NCBI GenBank assembly: GCA_963705375.1
Contig: OY970071.1
Span: 420,001-452,000 of the forward strand
Reading direction: 5' to 3'
Source of the DNA: Candidatus Saccharimonadota bacterium
Lineage (GTDB): Archaea; Micrarchaeota; Micrarchaeia; Micrarchaeales; Micrarchaeaceae
Length of the DNA stretch: 32,000 bases
Every line of letters starts with the position of its first letter. Positions within the stretch are counted from its first letter, which is position 1. The position numbers were made by a program, and so were the translations under genes. Positions 8,963-16,967 of this stretch are shown here, piece by piece. The notes beneath the pieces were generated by a model. The model ran no database searches. It was not told where the DNA came from and saw nothing but the letters and a program-made list of their open reading frames with translations.

Positions 8963-9691
8963 TCAGCTCTTTATCTCCACATAGCCGAGAGACACCATCT
9001 TGTTGAGTATCTGTTCTGCTCTTGCGGGCTGGGTCTTGTAGTTGCTGGCAAACTCGTTTATGTCTATCGTGTTGCCGTGGGACTCCACCCAGTCCTCGAC
9101 CATCGCCATGAGCGCGTCGTCTGAGTACGTTTCGAGCTCCTTCAATCGCTCCTGCAAGTTCTTGTTCTCCTCGCTTAGTTGCGATGCTTGTACGGTGAGG
9201 GTCTTGTTTGACGCGGTGAGCTCGATGTTCAGCCTCTTTATCTCCCTGTACTCGTTGAACAGCGAGTCATAGTTGTTGAACAGTGCGCTGTAGCTCTGAG
9301 ACAGCGAATCCAGCACGTTGTCTATCGCAGAATCCGTGTGCTGGAAGAGTTCGCGGTTGTCAGCGGCGTATAGGTCAGACACCAGCGACAGCGTGCTCAG
9401 CAGAGTCTTTATGACTAATAGCCTGCGCAGCTTTGGGCTCGAGTCAGGCGCTATCGTGTATTCTACTTTAGCAGAATCCTTTCCAAGAGTCATCAGCATG
9501 AAAAGGAACGGCTTTTTCTGTATGTCCCTGCTCTCGACCCTTAGCAGCGAAACGCCGTTCTCTGTCTCTTTGATGGAAAAGAGCTCGAGCGTTGAAAGGC
9601 GAGACATTATGTCGGCATAGCTTCCGACGAGCTTCGCCTTCACCTCAAGCGCGTCAGTGTTCGGTTCAATCGAAGTAGTATCGCCAGGCAC
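8963..9691 (-). CDS. Coiled-coil protein with C-terminal winged-helix-like domain (function unknown)
   Basis: 242-aa ORF. The central heptad-like region reads LTASNKTLTVQASQLSEENKNLQERLKELE. The C-terminal segment INEFASNYKTQPARAEQILNKMVSLGYVEIKS resembles a wHTH. It is the first gene of a three-gene minus-strand operon. Confidence 0.75.
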   Translation of the reverse strand: MPGDTTSIEPNTDALEVKAKLVGSYADIMSRLSTLELFSIKETENGVSLLRVESRDIQKKPFLFMLMTLGKDSAKVEYTIAPDSSPKLRRLLVIKTLLSTLSLVSDLYAADNRELFQHTDSAIDNVLDSLSQSYSALFNNYDSLFNEYREIKRLNIELTASNKTLTVQASQLSEENKNLQERLKELETYSDDALMAMVEDWVESHGNTIDINEFASNYKTQPARAEQILNKMVSLGYVEIKS

Positions 9692-9985
9692 ACGACCACA
9701 ATTGGCGTTCTATCTCAAATTTACTATAAATATCTTTGTTTTTGCCTACATTCATGAAAATTGAGAAGTGCTATTCAAAAAGGACAACCGCGTTGTGCTG
9801 GCGCCAAAAGCTTAAAAATGCTTGTGCATACGCCTGCCGATCGGAAAGAAAGGAAAGCGCGCCCTCGTGGACTTTCTCGAAAGCTACAGAAAAAAAACAG
9901 ACCCAAGAAAAAGTACAGTGCCTTATTTGAAAAGCTGCGTTCTGGGCCACGTATTTAACTTCAGAGAACTGAGATGCAACGAAAG

Positions 9986-10018
9986 TTTTAAATATATGTT
10001 TAAACATATGTTTAAACA
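9986..10018 (+). promoter_or_regulatory. vapBC promoter/operator: TATA-like TTTTAAATATA plus two tandem 12-bp repeats forming a 22-bp perfect palindrome
   Basis: ttttaaatata lies at 9986-9996. atatgtttaaac occurs twice in tandem at 9994-10005 and 10006-10017. tgtttaaacatatgtttaaaca at 9997-10018 is a perfect palindrome ending 18 nt before the vapB ATG (10036). It overlaps the transcription start expected ~25 nt downstream of the TATA. Confidence 0.45.
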
Positions 10019-10035
10019 CATAATTAGGCGGATCA

Positions 10036-10248
10036 ATGGTCAAAACAATAACGATAAGGGAAGAGGTTTACAAAGACCTAATGAAAATAAAAAGTGTGGA
10101 CGAAAGCTTCAGTGTGCTCTTTGAAAGATTGATCAAGTCAGCGAGCCCAAGGGACGTACTTGCAAAAATTAGAGGGAGTGTGGAGTTCAAAAACAAAAAG
10201 AAGATGATTGCAGAGATTTACGCCAAAAGGGCAGAGGTAAGGGCGTGA
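10036..10248 (+). CDS. vapB: VapB-type antitoxin (COG1753/PF02697-like, as recalled)
   Basis: 70 aa. The N-terminus MVKTITIREEVYKDLMKIKSVDESFSVLFERLIK matches the archaeal small-antitoxin pattern. A 4-nt GTGA overlap links it to the downstream PIN gene. Confidence 0.75.
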   Translation: MVKTITIREEVYKDLMKIKSVDESFSVLFERLIKSASPRDVLAKIRGSVEFKNKKKMIAEIYAKRAEVRA

Positions 10249-10619
10249 TAGTCATAGATACTGACGTATTGATGGAAATATATGATAAAAGGTCTAGATC
10301 AGGAAATGCAGCATTTGAAAATATCATGAATAGCGGGGACATATTTTGCATAACTGCGATAAACCTCCACGAAATCTTGTATGGGCTCCTGAAATATGCA
10401 AAGCCTTCGGAATATCTGCTACAATTGCCAGTATTGGACTACACTAAGGAAGATGCGCAGCTTGCTGCAGAAATGGAAGTCAGAGCAGAATTGAGGGGCA
10501 GAAAAGCACTAAGAACCGATGCGATGATTGCAGCAATAACAATCAACAATAATGCTAAGCTGTACACAAACAACAAGAACCATTTCGAACATTTTGATGG
10601 CCTAGAGCTGGTTCACTAG
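10245..10619 (+). CDS. vapC: PIN-domain ribonuclease toxin VapC
   Basis: 124 aa. MIVIDTDVL carries the first acidic PIN residues. NLHEILYG and LRTDAMIAAITI supply the further conserved E and D. Size and coupling to the upstream antitoxin are typical. Confidence 0.88.
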   Translation: MIVIDTDVLMEIYDKRSRSGNAAFENIMNSGDIFCITAINLHEILYGLLKYAKPSEYLLQLPVLDYTKEDAQLAAEMEVRAELRGRKALRTDAMIAAITINNNAKLYTNNKNHFEHFDGLELVH

Positions 10620-10737
10620 AGTTTGACATTCGTATGCAAAGACCTAAGGCGTAGAGCATACTTCATAGTTCCAGCGTTTTCTGTTTGCGACGAAGGCAGG
10701 TTTTGCCATGTGCGCAGGATGGGCCCGCGAGTCGCGT

Positions 10738-11103
10738 CTATGCGTTTGGCTTGGCTTTTGTTTCCGGCATGCGCAATGCAGGCATCCAGCTGAGCTGCGA
10801 CAGCAGGTACATGAAAAGCACAACGGCACCTCCATAGATCACGCCCTTCATCGGATTGAACGCCACAAGCACCGCAGCAAAAACGATCCCGATGGCAACG
10901 CATTCGGCCTGGTGCCTTTTGTACTTTTGGCGCACGTTCCTATAGTTCTCGAAGCAATCGCGGCACACGACAAGCCCGTATTTCTTCTCGGTGCCAGTCA
11001 CGCGTTTGAACCACCTTATCGTGTTTAGCACGTAGTCCGGTAGGACTTCGAGACCTTCACGTTTGTTGCCGCACATTATGCAGCGGGATTCTTTTGCCTT
11101 CAT
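10738..11103 (-). CDS. Zn-ribbon membrane protein (N-terminal CxxC...CxxC, two C-terminal TM helices)
   Basis: 121 aa. The Cys pairs are CIMCGN...CRDCFENY, followed by the basic linker RNVRQKYKRHQ. The TM helices are CVAIGIVFAAVLVAF and VIYGGAVVLFMYLLSQL. It starts 4 nt after the upstream gene and is the last gene of the ATPase operon. Confidence 0.7.
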   Translation of the reverse strand: MKAKESRCIMCGNKREGLEVLPDYVLNTIRWFKRVTGTEKKYGLVVCRDCFENYRNVRQKYKRHQAECVAIGIVFAAVLVAFNPMKGVIYGGAVVLFMYLLSQLSWMPALRMPETKAKPNA

Positions 11104-11107
11104 AGCA

Positions 11108-11416
11108 TCAACTCATGTCCAGCGCCGCGTCGTATATGCGGCCTGCCTCTGCGCTGACGCGCTCTTCGTCAAGCGTTTCAAAAACTTCATTTATCGTGAG
11201 GTCGTCCATTCCAAGACGCCTCAGCACATCCGCACACCTGTCACGGTCTATGCCCCCTTTTTCCAGCGCGGCCGTAAACGCCAATGCGTTGATGTGCCTG
11301 TGGCTCTTCTCCATGCTGCTGAACAAAGACTGTATGGCCTTCTCACTCATGCCGAAGATCGTGAGAACGCGCCTCATCTCATTCCTTGCTATGGTGAAGG
11401 TGGTCGCTTTAGGCAT
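11108..11416 (-). CDS. Small helical protein homologous to the C-terminal domain of the adjacent ATPase
   Basis: The ORF spans 11108-11431 with GTG at 11431. ATG at 11416 gives MPKATTFTIARNEMRR... and an 8-nt overlap with the ATPase stop. An ungapped ~67-aa alignment to the ATPase tail shares the core I-x-S-L-F-x-x-M-x-x-x-H-R. Confidence 0.7.
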   Translation of the reverse strand: MPKATTFTIARNEMRRVLTIFGMSEKAIQSLFSSMEKSHRHINALAFTAALEKGGIDRDRCADVLRRLGMDDLTINEVFETLDEERVSAEAGRIYDAALDMS

Positions 11417-12926
11417 GCCCGACACCCGCACTTGAGATTATCCTTGTTATCAACGTATCCTCTATGCTCATGCTCTTCAGGAATGATACTATGTTCGATA
11501 GGCTCACGTTGGCGCCGGCAAGGCTCCTTATGAGGTCCAGTATCTTCATGGCGCGGTGATGGTTGTCCATATCAGTAAACAGGCTGTCGATGGTATCTCC
11601 GCCGACGTTGTACTCTATCAGCTTGTTCTTGAGCTCCTCCTTCTCGAACTGGTATTCGCGCGTGAGGACGTTCGCGGCTATCTCACTCTGCATTAGCACG
11701 TCGCTGAGGTCTAGAGTATAGACGTACAGCGGCTCTTCCCCGTGTATGCGCCCGAGGACGAACGTCTCTGGGAAGCGCAGCGAAGTCTGGAAGGCCATCT
11801 CGACAGCGGCTTGGCCGACACCGAATTTGCTTATCTCGTCACGTATGAAATCTGAGAAGTTGAGCGACCCCTGTATGTAGTTCATGAAGCGCTCGAATTT
11901 TATTCTCAGTATGAAGTTCGTGCCCACGTTAGAGAATATCGCCTCTGCTATGTCTGTCGGGTTTTGCGATGCGACTATGAGGCCGAACTGGTATTTCCTG
12001 CCTTCCCTGACTATCATGATGGCGTCGCTCTTCTCATCGCTTGCGACCTTCCATGCCTCGTCAAGGACCACGAGGGCCCTGAGCCCCTTTGTTTCGCTCC
12101 AGCCTTCGAAACGCATCTGCTCCTTCAGCGTCTGCAGTATGAAAAGCGCTGCGAGGGCCCTGAAGCGCTCGTCAGGCAGCGCTGACAGGTCCATGTCAAC
12201 GAGCCCGGATTTAACGAGTTCGCTTATGTTCAGGGTGCTCTGCCTTGCGAAGTAATCTTCACCTTCTCTTGCGAACTGCTTGAGCCTGTATATCGTGTTC
12301 TCCAGTTCTGCAGGATACTGGTATGTGCCCTCCTGAAGCTTCTCCTGCAGATACTTGACTACATCGTTCAATGTAGGGGCTTGGAGAGCGGCCGGTGGAA
12401 GCTCCGCAAGCTCGAAGCCTGCCTTCGCATATGCCTGTTCCAACGCCTCTTGCGTCAGGCGCCTCTGCTCAGGGTACTGCGCTATGTCGGTCAGTATCTC
12501 GAATGAGGTTATAAGCTGCTTTGCCCTGTCTATCGGCTTCATGCCTGACAGGTCCATTATGTTTAGGAAGTCGCCCTTTCCTAGAGCAATCACTACGCCG
12601 CCGGTCTGCTTCACCCATGCCCTGTATTCGCCAGCCCAGTCTATTATAACAGCGTTTGTGTTCCAAACGTAGCTTGCGCGTATGAGCAGCGTCTTGACGA
12701 AGTAGCTCTTACCGGAACCAGTTATGCCGACAACGCATATGTGCGGGTTCGTCAGATTGAGGAACGACCATGTGAACGGCACCTTGAAGATCTTGGTCAT
12801 GCCTATGTAAATGGATTGGAAGGGGTCGCTGAGCAGCACGCTTGCGGGCGGTTCCGGAGGCCTTGACAAGAAAGCCCTTCTGGCTATCTCGTTGCTCATT
12901 ATGTGCTGCAGTTTGAGCATGGTCAT
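11409..12926 (-). CDS. FtsK/HerA-superfamily ATPase, VirB4/TrbE/CedB-like ATPase domain with extra C-terminal helical domain
   Basis: Walker A is VVGITGSGKSY and Walker B is ALVVLDEAWKV (DEAW type). REGRKYQFGLIVASQNPTDI corresponds to the RK...TQ motif of VirB4/HerA. The track ORF begins at GTG 12980. ATG 12926 lies ~28 nt downstream of a TATTTATA box (12951-12958), consistent with a leaderless start. ATG 12899 is an alternative. Confidence 0.88.
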   Translation of the reverse strand: MTMLKLQHIMSNEIARRAFLSRPPEPPASVLLSDPFQSIYIGMTKIFKVPFTWSFLNLTNPHICVVGITGSGKSYFVKTLLIRASYVWNTNAVIIDWAGEYRAWVKQTGGVVIALGKGDFLNIMDLSGMKPIDRAKQLITSFEILTDIAQYPEQRRLTQEALEQAYAKAGFELAELPPAALQAPTLNDVVKYLQEKLQEGTYQYPAELENTIYRLKQFAREGEDYFARQSTLNISELVKSGLVDMDLSALPDERFRALAALFILQTLKEQMRFEGWSETKGLRALVVLDEAWKVASDEKSDAIMIVREGRKYQFGLIVASQNPTDIAEAIFSNVGTNFILRIKFERFMNYIQGSLNFSDFIRDEISKFGVGQAAVEMAFQTSLRFPETFVLGRIHGEEPLYVYTLDLSDVLMQSEIAANVLTREYQFEKEELKNKLIEYNVGGDTIDSLFTDMDNHHRAMKILDLIRSLAGANVSLSNIVSFLKSMSIEDTLITRIISSAGVGHA

Positions 12927-12950
12927 ATGGCAGAAAGCACTCATCCAAAG

Positions 12951-12958
12951 TATAAATA
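12951..12958 (-). promoter_or_regulatory. TATA box (TATTTATA on minus strand) for the ATPase operon
   Basis: Plus-strand tataaata at 12951-12958 is centred ~28 nt upstream of the in-frame ATG at 12926. Confidence 0.4.
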
Positions 12959-13058
12959 CTTTCTCCTGCAGGCTTTGCACACAAGATATTCGGAAATCCG
13001 GTCAAATATTGAAATCACGGTTTGTGCGAAGGCCTGTTTCATGAAGGAGACGCTGGCA

Positions 13059-13703
13059 TTATTTTCTGGGTTCGAAATCAGGTTTTGGTCTTGGCGCATC
13101 TTTAAACCATAGAACAATGCCGCGATGGTCTTTATTCGAATGACGCGCATCGACGTGCATCATTTGTTCACGAGCGTTGTAGTTAGGGGCGTGGAACACC
13201 ACATAGCCGAGCCCGGGCTCTAGGATTATAGGAGGGATACTTCTGTCGGGCAAACGTACCCTGTAGATGAAGTTAATCCCCGCGCCAGGAACTTTTGCAA
13301 TCGTGGCACCCATACGATGTGAAATCTCAGCTATTTCGGATTCCGATCTGAGGAAATCCGTTCCATGCTGCATCGTTATTATATTGTGCCCGTTTGGAAA
13401 TTCCAGGAGTATGTGCCGGACCCAGACGTCGTTGCCTATCGCGTTCAAGATCTCCTGCCCTGTCGCTGTGTGATATCCTTGTATTTTAAGGCATGCGTCT
13501 TTACCCTTAATCTGAGCATGCCCATCCACAAGCTGCTGCGGAGTGAAGCGCTTACAGGATATGAGCAGTTTGTCCTCGCTTTCGTTGCCCAGTATGCCTT
13601 CGACGAATAGCACTTGTATGTCAGGTCTTTGTTTTATCTCTGCCCGTATGTCGTCTGTTTGCTTTCTCTCTTTCTCATTTTCTTTAGGGATAGATTGTTG
13701 CAT
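13059..13703 (-). CDS. Hypothetical soluble protein, 214 aa
   Basis: ATG-initiated ORF with no TM segments. It has a charged N-terminus (KENEKERKQTDDIRAEIKQR) and a His-rich C-terminal part (FHAPNYNAREQMMHVDARHSNKDHRG). No family was recognised. Confidence 0.65.
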   Translation of the reverse strand: MQQSIPKENEKERKQTDDIRAEIKQRPDIQVLFVEGILGNESEDKLLISCKRFTPQQLVDGHAQIKGKDACLKIQGYHTATGQEILNAIGNDVWVRHILLEFPNGHNIITMQHGTDFLRSESEIAEISHRMGATIAKVPGAGINFIYRVRLPDRSIPPIILEPGLGYVVFHAPNYNAREQMMHVDARHSNKDHRGIVLWFKDAPRPKPDFEPRK

Positions 13704-14108
13704 GTGGTTTCCCAGTCATGTAACATTCGCTTGCGTTGCCGAGATACTTATTCCTATGCTTTGCTGCGACTCTGGGACAAAAGTCCTTCTCACTCCTAGA
13801 TAAGAACCAGAATAGAAAAGGCTACTTGCTGTTTTAAGATGCCTTTTGGATTCACTCGGTCTAAACGGCCTTTTTCTATCGTTCTTTGACGACAGAACGG
13901 ACATTATTACTGATCCGCCTTGCTCTGGTCAATATAATTTGGATGCAAAACGATAAAGATTTTGGCAGAGATAATATAGAAGACCTGAAAAGGTAGAGTG
14001 CCAAAATAATGGTTGACTTATGTCCCAGACTCCTTTGCTGCATTTCGTCGACATATGCGGTTAAACTTCCAGGATAATGCCAGAGCGCGCCTATTGTTTG
14101 CGAAGGCT

Positions 14109-14951
14109 TCAGCTCTGCTGGTCGAACTGTGCCGCTAGCGCGCCGAAAGATGTAGGCAGTGAGAAGTTGAACTGGAACAGAGTGTAGAGCTCGCTCCCCA
14201 CCACACGGACAAGGTCCACATCAAGGCCACTCATGGCTATCTGCAGAGCGTTTAATTGTGTAGACAGTGCGTCAAGCGAGGCCTTCTCGCTCACGCCAAC
14301 TGCAGTAGTCTCCAAGTACATGATTGTCGCTATTGGCTTCTCGCCCTGCGATATCCTGTCTATCTGCGTTTGCAGCACAGCTATCCTTCGTCTCAGGTCG
14401 GTGAGTATCATCTCATTGGAGGAGCTGCTCTGCATTGCCCTTGCCAGTTGGAACTCCTGGAACGAGCGTTTGCCTTCGATTTCGTCGCGCGCTTTCTGAA
14501 CATCAAGACCGGTTGACAGCACATGGAATTTGAACGGAAAGTCCAGGTTCATGAGGATCCTCTCCCAATTCTCAGGGGCCTGCAGGAGCTTTGCCTGGTC
14601 AGCCTCGGCATTTGCCTGCTCTTGCTTGAAGTAATACGGGAACAGGTTCCCGCTAAGATAGCCTGTTGCATAGTAAAGGCCCTTGACATTCTTGACTATG
14701 GCATCCTGGCTGCTGATGATCTTGTAGTTGATTGCCGGTTGGAACGTTATGCCAAGAACGTTCGTCACGAAGGAGAAGACAGTATAGTCTATGAAGTTGA
14801 GCACCAGAAGCAGGCCCATCCCGGCGATGATAATAAGCAGCGCGACGATGGAGAGAAAACCCTTGCCTATCGAAGCAAGGTTGGTTATCGCAAGCAGCGG
14901 CATGAGCATCGTCATGACGAGATAGGATATTCCTTCAGAGTCCACCATCAT
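14109..14951 (-). CDS. Membrane protein: N-terminal TM hairpin plus ~200-aa soluble domain (paralog of 14948-15781)
   Basis: 280 aa. The TM helices are LVMTMLMPLLAITNLASI and FLSIVALLIIIAGMGLLLVL. The soluble domain contains GLYYATGYLSGNLFPYYF, DFPFKFHVLSTGLDVQKARDEIEGKR and ...IATIMYLETTAVGVSEKASLDALSTQLNALQ. An ATGA overlap links it to the upstream gene. Confidence 0.8.
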   Translation of the reverse strand: MMVDSEGISYLVMTMLMPLLAITNLASIGKGFLSIVALLIIIAGMGLLLVLNFIDYTVFSFVTNVLGITFQPAINYKIISSQDAIVKNVKGLYYATGYLSGNLFPYYFKQEQANAEADQAKLLQAPENWERILMNLDFPFKFHVLSTGLDVQKARDEIEGKRSFQEFQLARAMQSSSSNEMILTDLRRRIAVLQTQIDRISQGEKPIATIMYLETTAVGVSEKASLDALSTQLNALQIAMSGLDVDLVRVVGSELYTLFQFNFSLPTSFGALAAQFDQQS

Positions 14952-15781
14952 ATCACCTGCTCCTGTATGCCCTTGCTTATCTGCTCGCTGACTGTCGAGT
15001 ACGGAATGAGGAACTCCGGCTCTATGAACGTCAGGAGATCTTTGCCCGTCACTATGCTAGGAGAGATGCCGAGAACAGTGCCTATTCCGGCCATGAGCTC
15101 CTTTGCCTTCTGCTGCGCTATTGTGGCGGCTTCGAACTCCTTGCTTCCGAAAGCGGATATCGCCGCGTAGCTGGCCAGTTCCAGAGAGGTCGTTGCGCTC
15201 ACGTTGTCTAGCATCTTTCGCCACATCGAAAGCTGGCCTCTCACGCGCTCTATTTTGGGCTGAGGAGCACTTTCCTGGACAAGATTGCTCTCTTCCGCTT
15301 CTTTGTTGTTTATCGCGTCGCGCAGCTGCTGTATGTACGAATCTTTGTTCATGATATAGAGGCTTGTCGTAAACCTTGTAGGGTCCTTGCTGATGCCGAC
15401 AAGCCGGCTGACCTGCCTTGTGAAAGCGGTCTTCTCGTCATCGCTCATCTCTGTCGATGAGCTGTAAAGAGGGATGCTTATGTACACTGTTGCAGTGTAC
15501 GTGTCGCCGTGCTGCTGCAGGACCGAATCTGCGCTTGTGGAAAGACGGTAAGGTTCCTCTTTGCTCAGCACCACGTTCCTGCTGCGCTGCTGCAGCATGG
15601 GCATTATTATGTATGAGTAGCGCCTTGAGAGGCACGCACCAACGTCAACGTCCACTGCGATAAGCAGAAGAAGAAGCTTTACCAAGTCCATGATCCCGCC
15701 ATGGGGAAGAACGATGGCTAGCCCGAGAATCGCAAAGGATGCAACCAATAGGCCCAGGAACAAAACGGTCTTGCTGTCCAC
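14948..15781 (-). CDS. Membrane protein: N-terminal TM hairpin plus ~200-aa soluble domain (paralog of 14109-14951)
   Basis: 277 aa with a GTG start. The TM helices are VLFLGLLVASFAILGLAIVL and LVKLLLLLIAVDVDV. The soluble domain contains DTYTATVYISIPLYSS, TRFTTSLYIMNKDSYIQQLRDAINNKE and ...LELASYAAISAFGSKEFEAATIAQQKAKEL, collinear with the downstream paralog. A TATA-like ATAAAAAT lies ~32 nt upstream. Confidence 0.8.
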   Translation of the reverse strand: MDSKTVLFLGLLVASFAILGLAIVLPHGGIMDLVKLLLLLIAVDVDVGACLSRRYSYIIMPMLQQRSRNVVLSKEEPYRLSTSADSVLQQHGDTYTATVYISIPLYSSSTEMSDDEKTAFTRQVSRLVGISKDPTRFTTSLYIMNKDSYIQQLRDAINNKEAEESNLVQESAPQPKIERVRGQLSMWRKMLDNVSATTSLELASYAAISAFGSKEFEAATIAQQKAKELMAGIGTVLGISPSIVTGKDLLTFIEPEFLIPYSTVSEQISKGIQEQVI

Positions 15782-15828
15782 TCAACTCGGAGCAGAATCT
15801 CAACCAAGATTTTTATGCCTTTACTTTG

Positions 15829-16959
15829 CTACACGAATGAGCGTATCTTGTTTGCGTTTCCATATGTGCCGCCCAGGAAACTGGAGAACTGCGCTATCGT
15901 AGCATACACCATGCCTATTATGAGCGCAGGATAGAAGAGCACAAGAAGCCAGAACGATGACATGTTGGCCTGAACATTCTGCAGCTGCATCGCAAGCGGG
16001 CTGTCAGGCCCAGCGGCATTGGCAGCAGCACTGCTCGCGTCAGAACCGAATCTATTCATCTGCGCGGCCGAAGCAGACATTGACGACTGTACAGAAGGGC
16101 TTGTCAGATAGAATGCTATCGCAAACATCGATGGCATCACGAGATAGAACGAGATGCCTATCGCCATCATGGTGCCGCCAAGTGCCCTTGTCGGAAGGAA
16201 AGCCCTGAACACCACGCCAGGAACGATGAACACGGGGATTGCCGCTATCGAGAAGAACACAAGAACGTAGTATTCGGACCACAGGGCGAGCATGCCGTCT
16301 ACAAGGAAGAACGCTATCGCTCTCGCAGGGTCCAGGAAGCCTATGCTAAGAGGAAGGGTCAGGAAGGAGAGTGTTGACTGCAGGGAGAACGAGGCACCGT
16401 ACGCAGATGAGTAGGTGATGTCCTGGGCAAGGACCCATTTCAACACATAATAGACATTGTATATCGAGGAGAACAGATTTTGCGCCGTGCCTAACGTGCT
16501 GGTGATCAAATTCAGCGCTGTCGCATATGGATTTATGGCACCCACGAGTATTCCAGGGAAAACGCCGAACATCACCGCACACACGTACACGAATATTCCG
16601 ACAATGATCGCGCTTGCAATCGCTTCATATATCTCAGCTATCCCGAAGTTGCGTATCCTGTCGCTCTTGAACGCTATGCCGATCATAACAGCAATCGATG
16701 CGATGCTAAAAGCCAGCAGCACTGCAACGACAGCTATCGGCAGCTCGGTCTGCCACTGCTGGTATATCGCATAGTTTATCGGGCAGTACCAGGTGTACCC
16801 CCCGAGCGCACCACTTATAGATGATGGCAGGGAAGCGCAGCACTCTTGCGGGTAGTTGGCATCGTTTGGGTTGCAGGCGACTGGAGTGTCTGCACGTATA
16901 GTCCCAGTAACCAGGACAGCCATTACGAGCAGCAGCATCATAGCGATAGCGAGTTTCAT
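15829..16959 (-). CDS. Polytopic membrane protein, paralog 1 of 6 (PFTR-GG family; candidate VirB6/TrbL/CedA-like)
   Basis: Signal peptide MKLAIAMMLLLVMAVLVTGTIRA, then a short Cys-containing ectodomain and multiple TM helices. Family motifs are RNFGIAEIYEAIAS and VFRAFLPTRALGGTMMAIGISFYLVMP. AGGTGG overlaps the upstream stop codon 4 nt before ATG 16959. Confidence 0.85.
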   Translation of the reverse strand: MKLAIAMMLLLVMAVLVTGTIRADTPVACNPNDANYPQECCASLPSSISGALGGYTWYCPINYAIYQQWQTELPIAVVAVLLAFSIASIAVMIGIAFKSDRIRNFGIAEIYEAIASAIIVGIFVYVCAVMFGVFPGILVGAINPYATALNLITSTLGTAQNLFSSIYNVYYVLKWVLAQDITYSSAYGASFSLQSTLSFLTLPLSIGFLDPARAIAFFLVDGMLALWSEYYVLVFFSIAAIPVFIVPGVVFRAFLPTRALGGTMMAIGISFYLVMPSMFAIAFYLTSPSVQSSMSASAAQMNRFGSDASSAAANAAGPDSPLAMQLQNVQANMSSFWLLVLFYPALIIGMVYATIAQFSSFLGGTYGNANKIRSFV

Positions 16960-16967
16960 CACACCAC

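Noticed and set aside
9736-10124. Several 64-100-aa ORFs on both strands in the 344-bp region between the 242-aa gene and vapB
   Set aside because: This is an AT-rich divergent promoter region. The ORFs overlap one another in different frames, are Lys/Arg-rich from A-runs, and one runs through the vapB start. None is supported.
10616-11028. ORFs at 10616-10903 (-), 10644-10835 (-) and 10708-11028 (+) overlapping the Zn-ribbon membrane gene
   Set aside because: They are alternative frames of the same region. Only 10738-11103 gives a CxxC...CxxC ribbon plus two clean TM helices and 4-nt coupling to the upstream gene.
11409-12980. Interpretation of the ATPase as a HerA DNA-repair helicase, or as a type IV pilus/archaellum FlaI/PilB ATPase
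   Set aside because: It has no NurA, Mre11 or Rad50 neighbours and sits in a membrane-protein context with DEAW-type Walker B, which argues against HerA repair. FlaI/PilB-type motifs (GPTGSGKTT, Asp/His boxes) are absent, as are a FlaJ/PilC platform protein and class III signal-peptide pilins.
13716-13904. 62-aa minus-strand ORF in the 405-bp intergenic region, plus small hairpins (e.g. cgttct-n8-agaacg at 13880-13899; aaaaggc-n18-gcctttt near 13820-13851)
   Set aside because: The ORF has no start context or recognisable features. The hairpins are short and could be terminator or promoter-region structure. I saw no tRNA-like cloverleaf or conserved ncRNA signature, so I made no RNA gene call.
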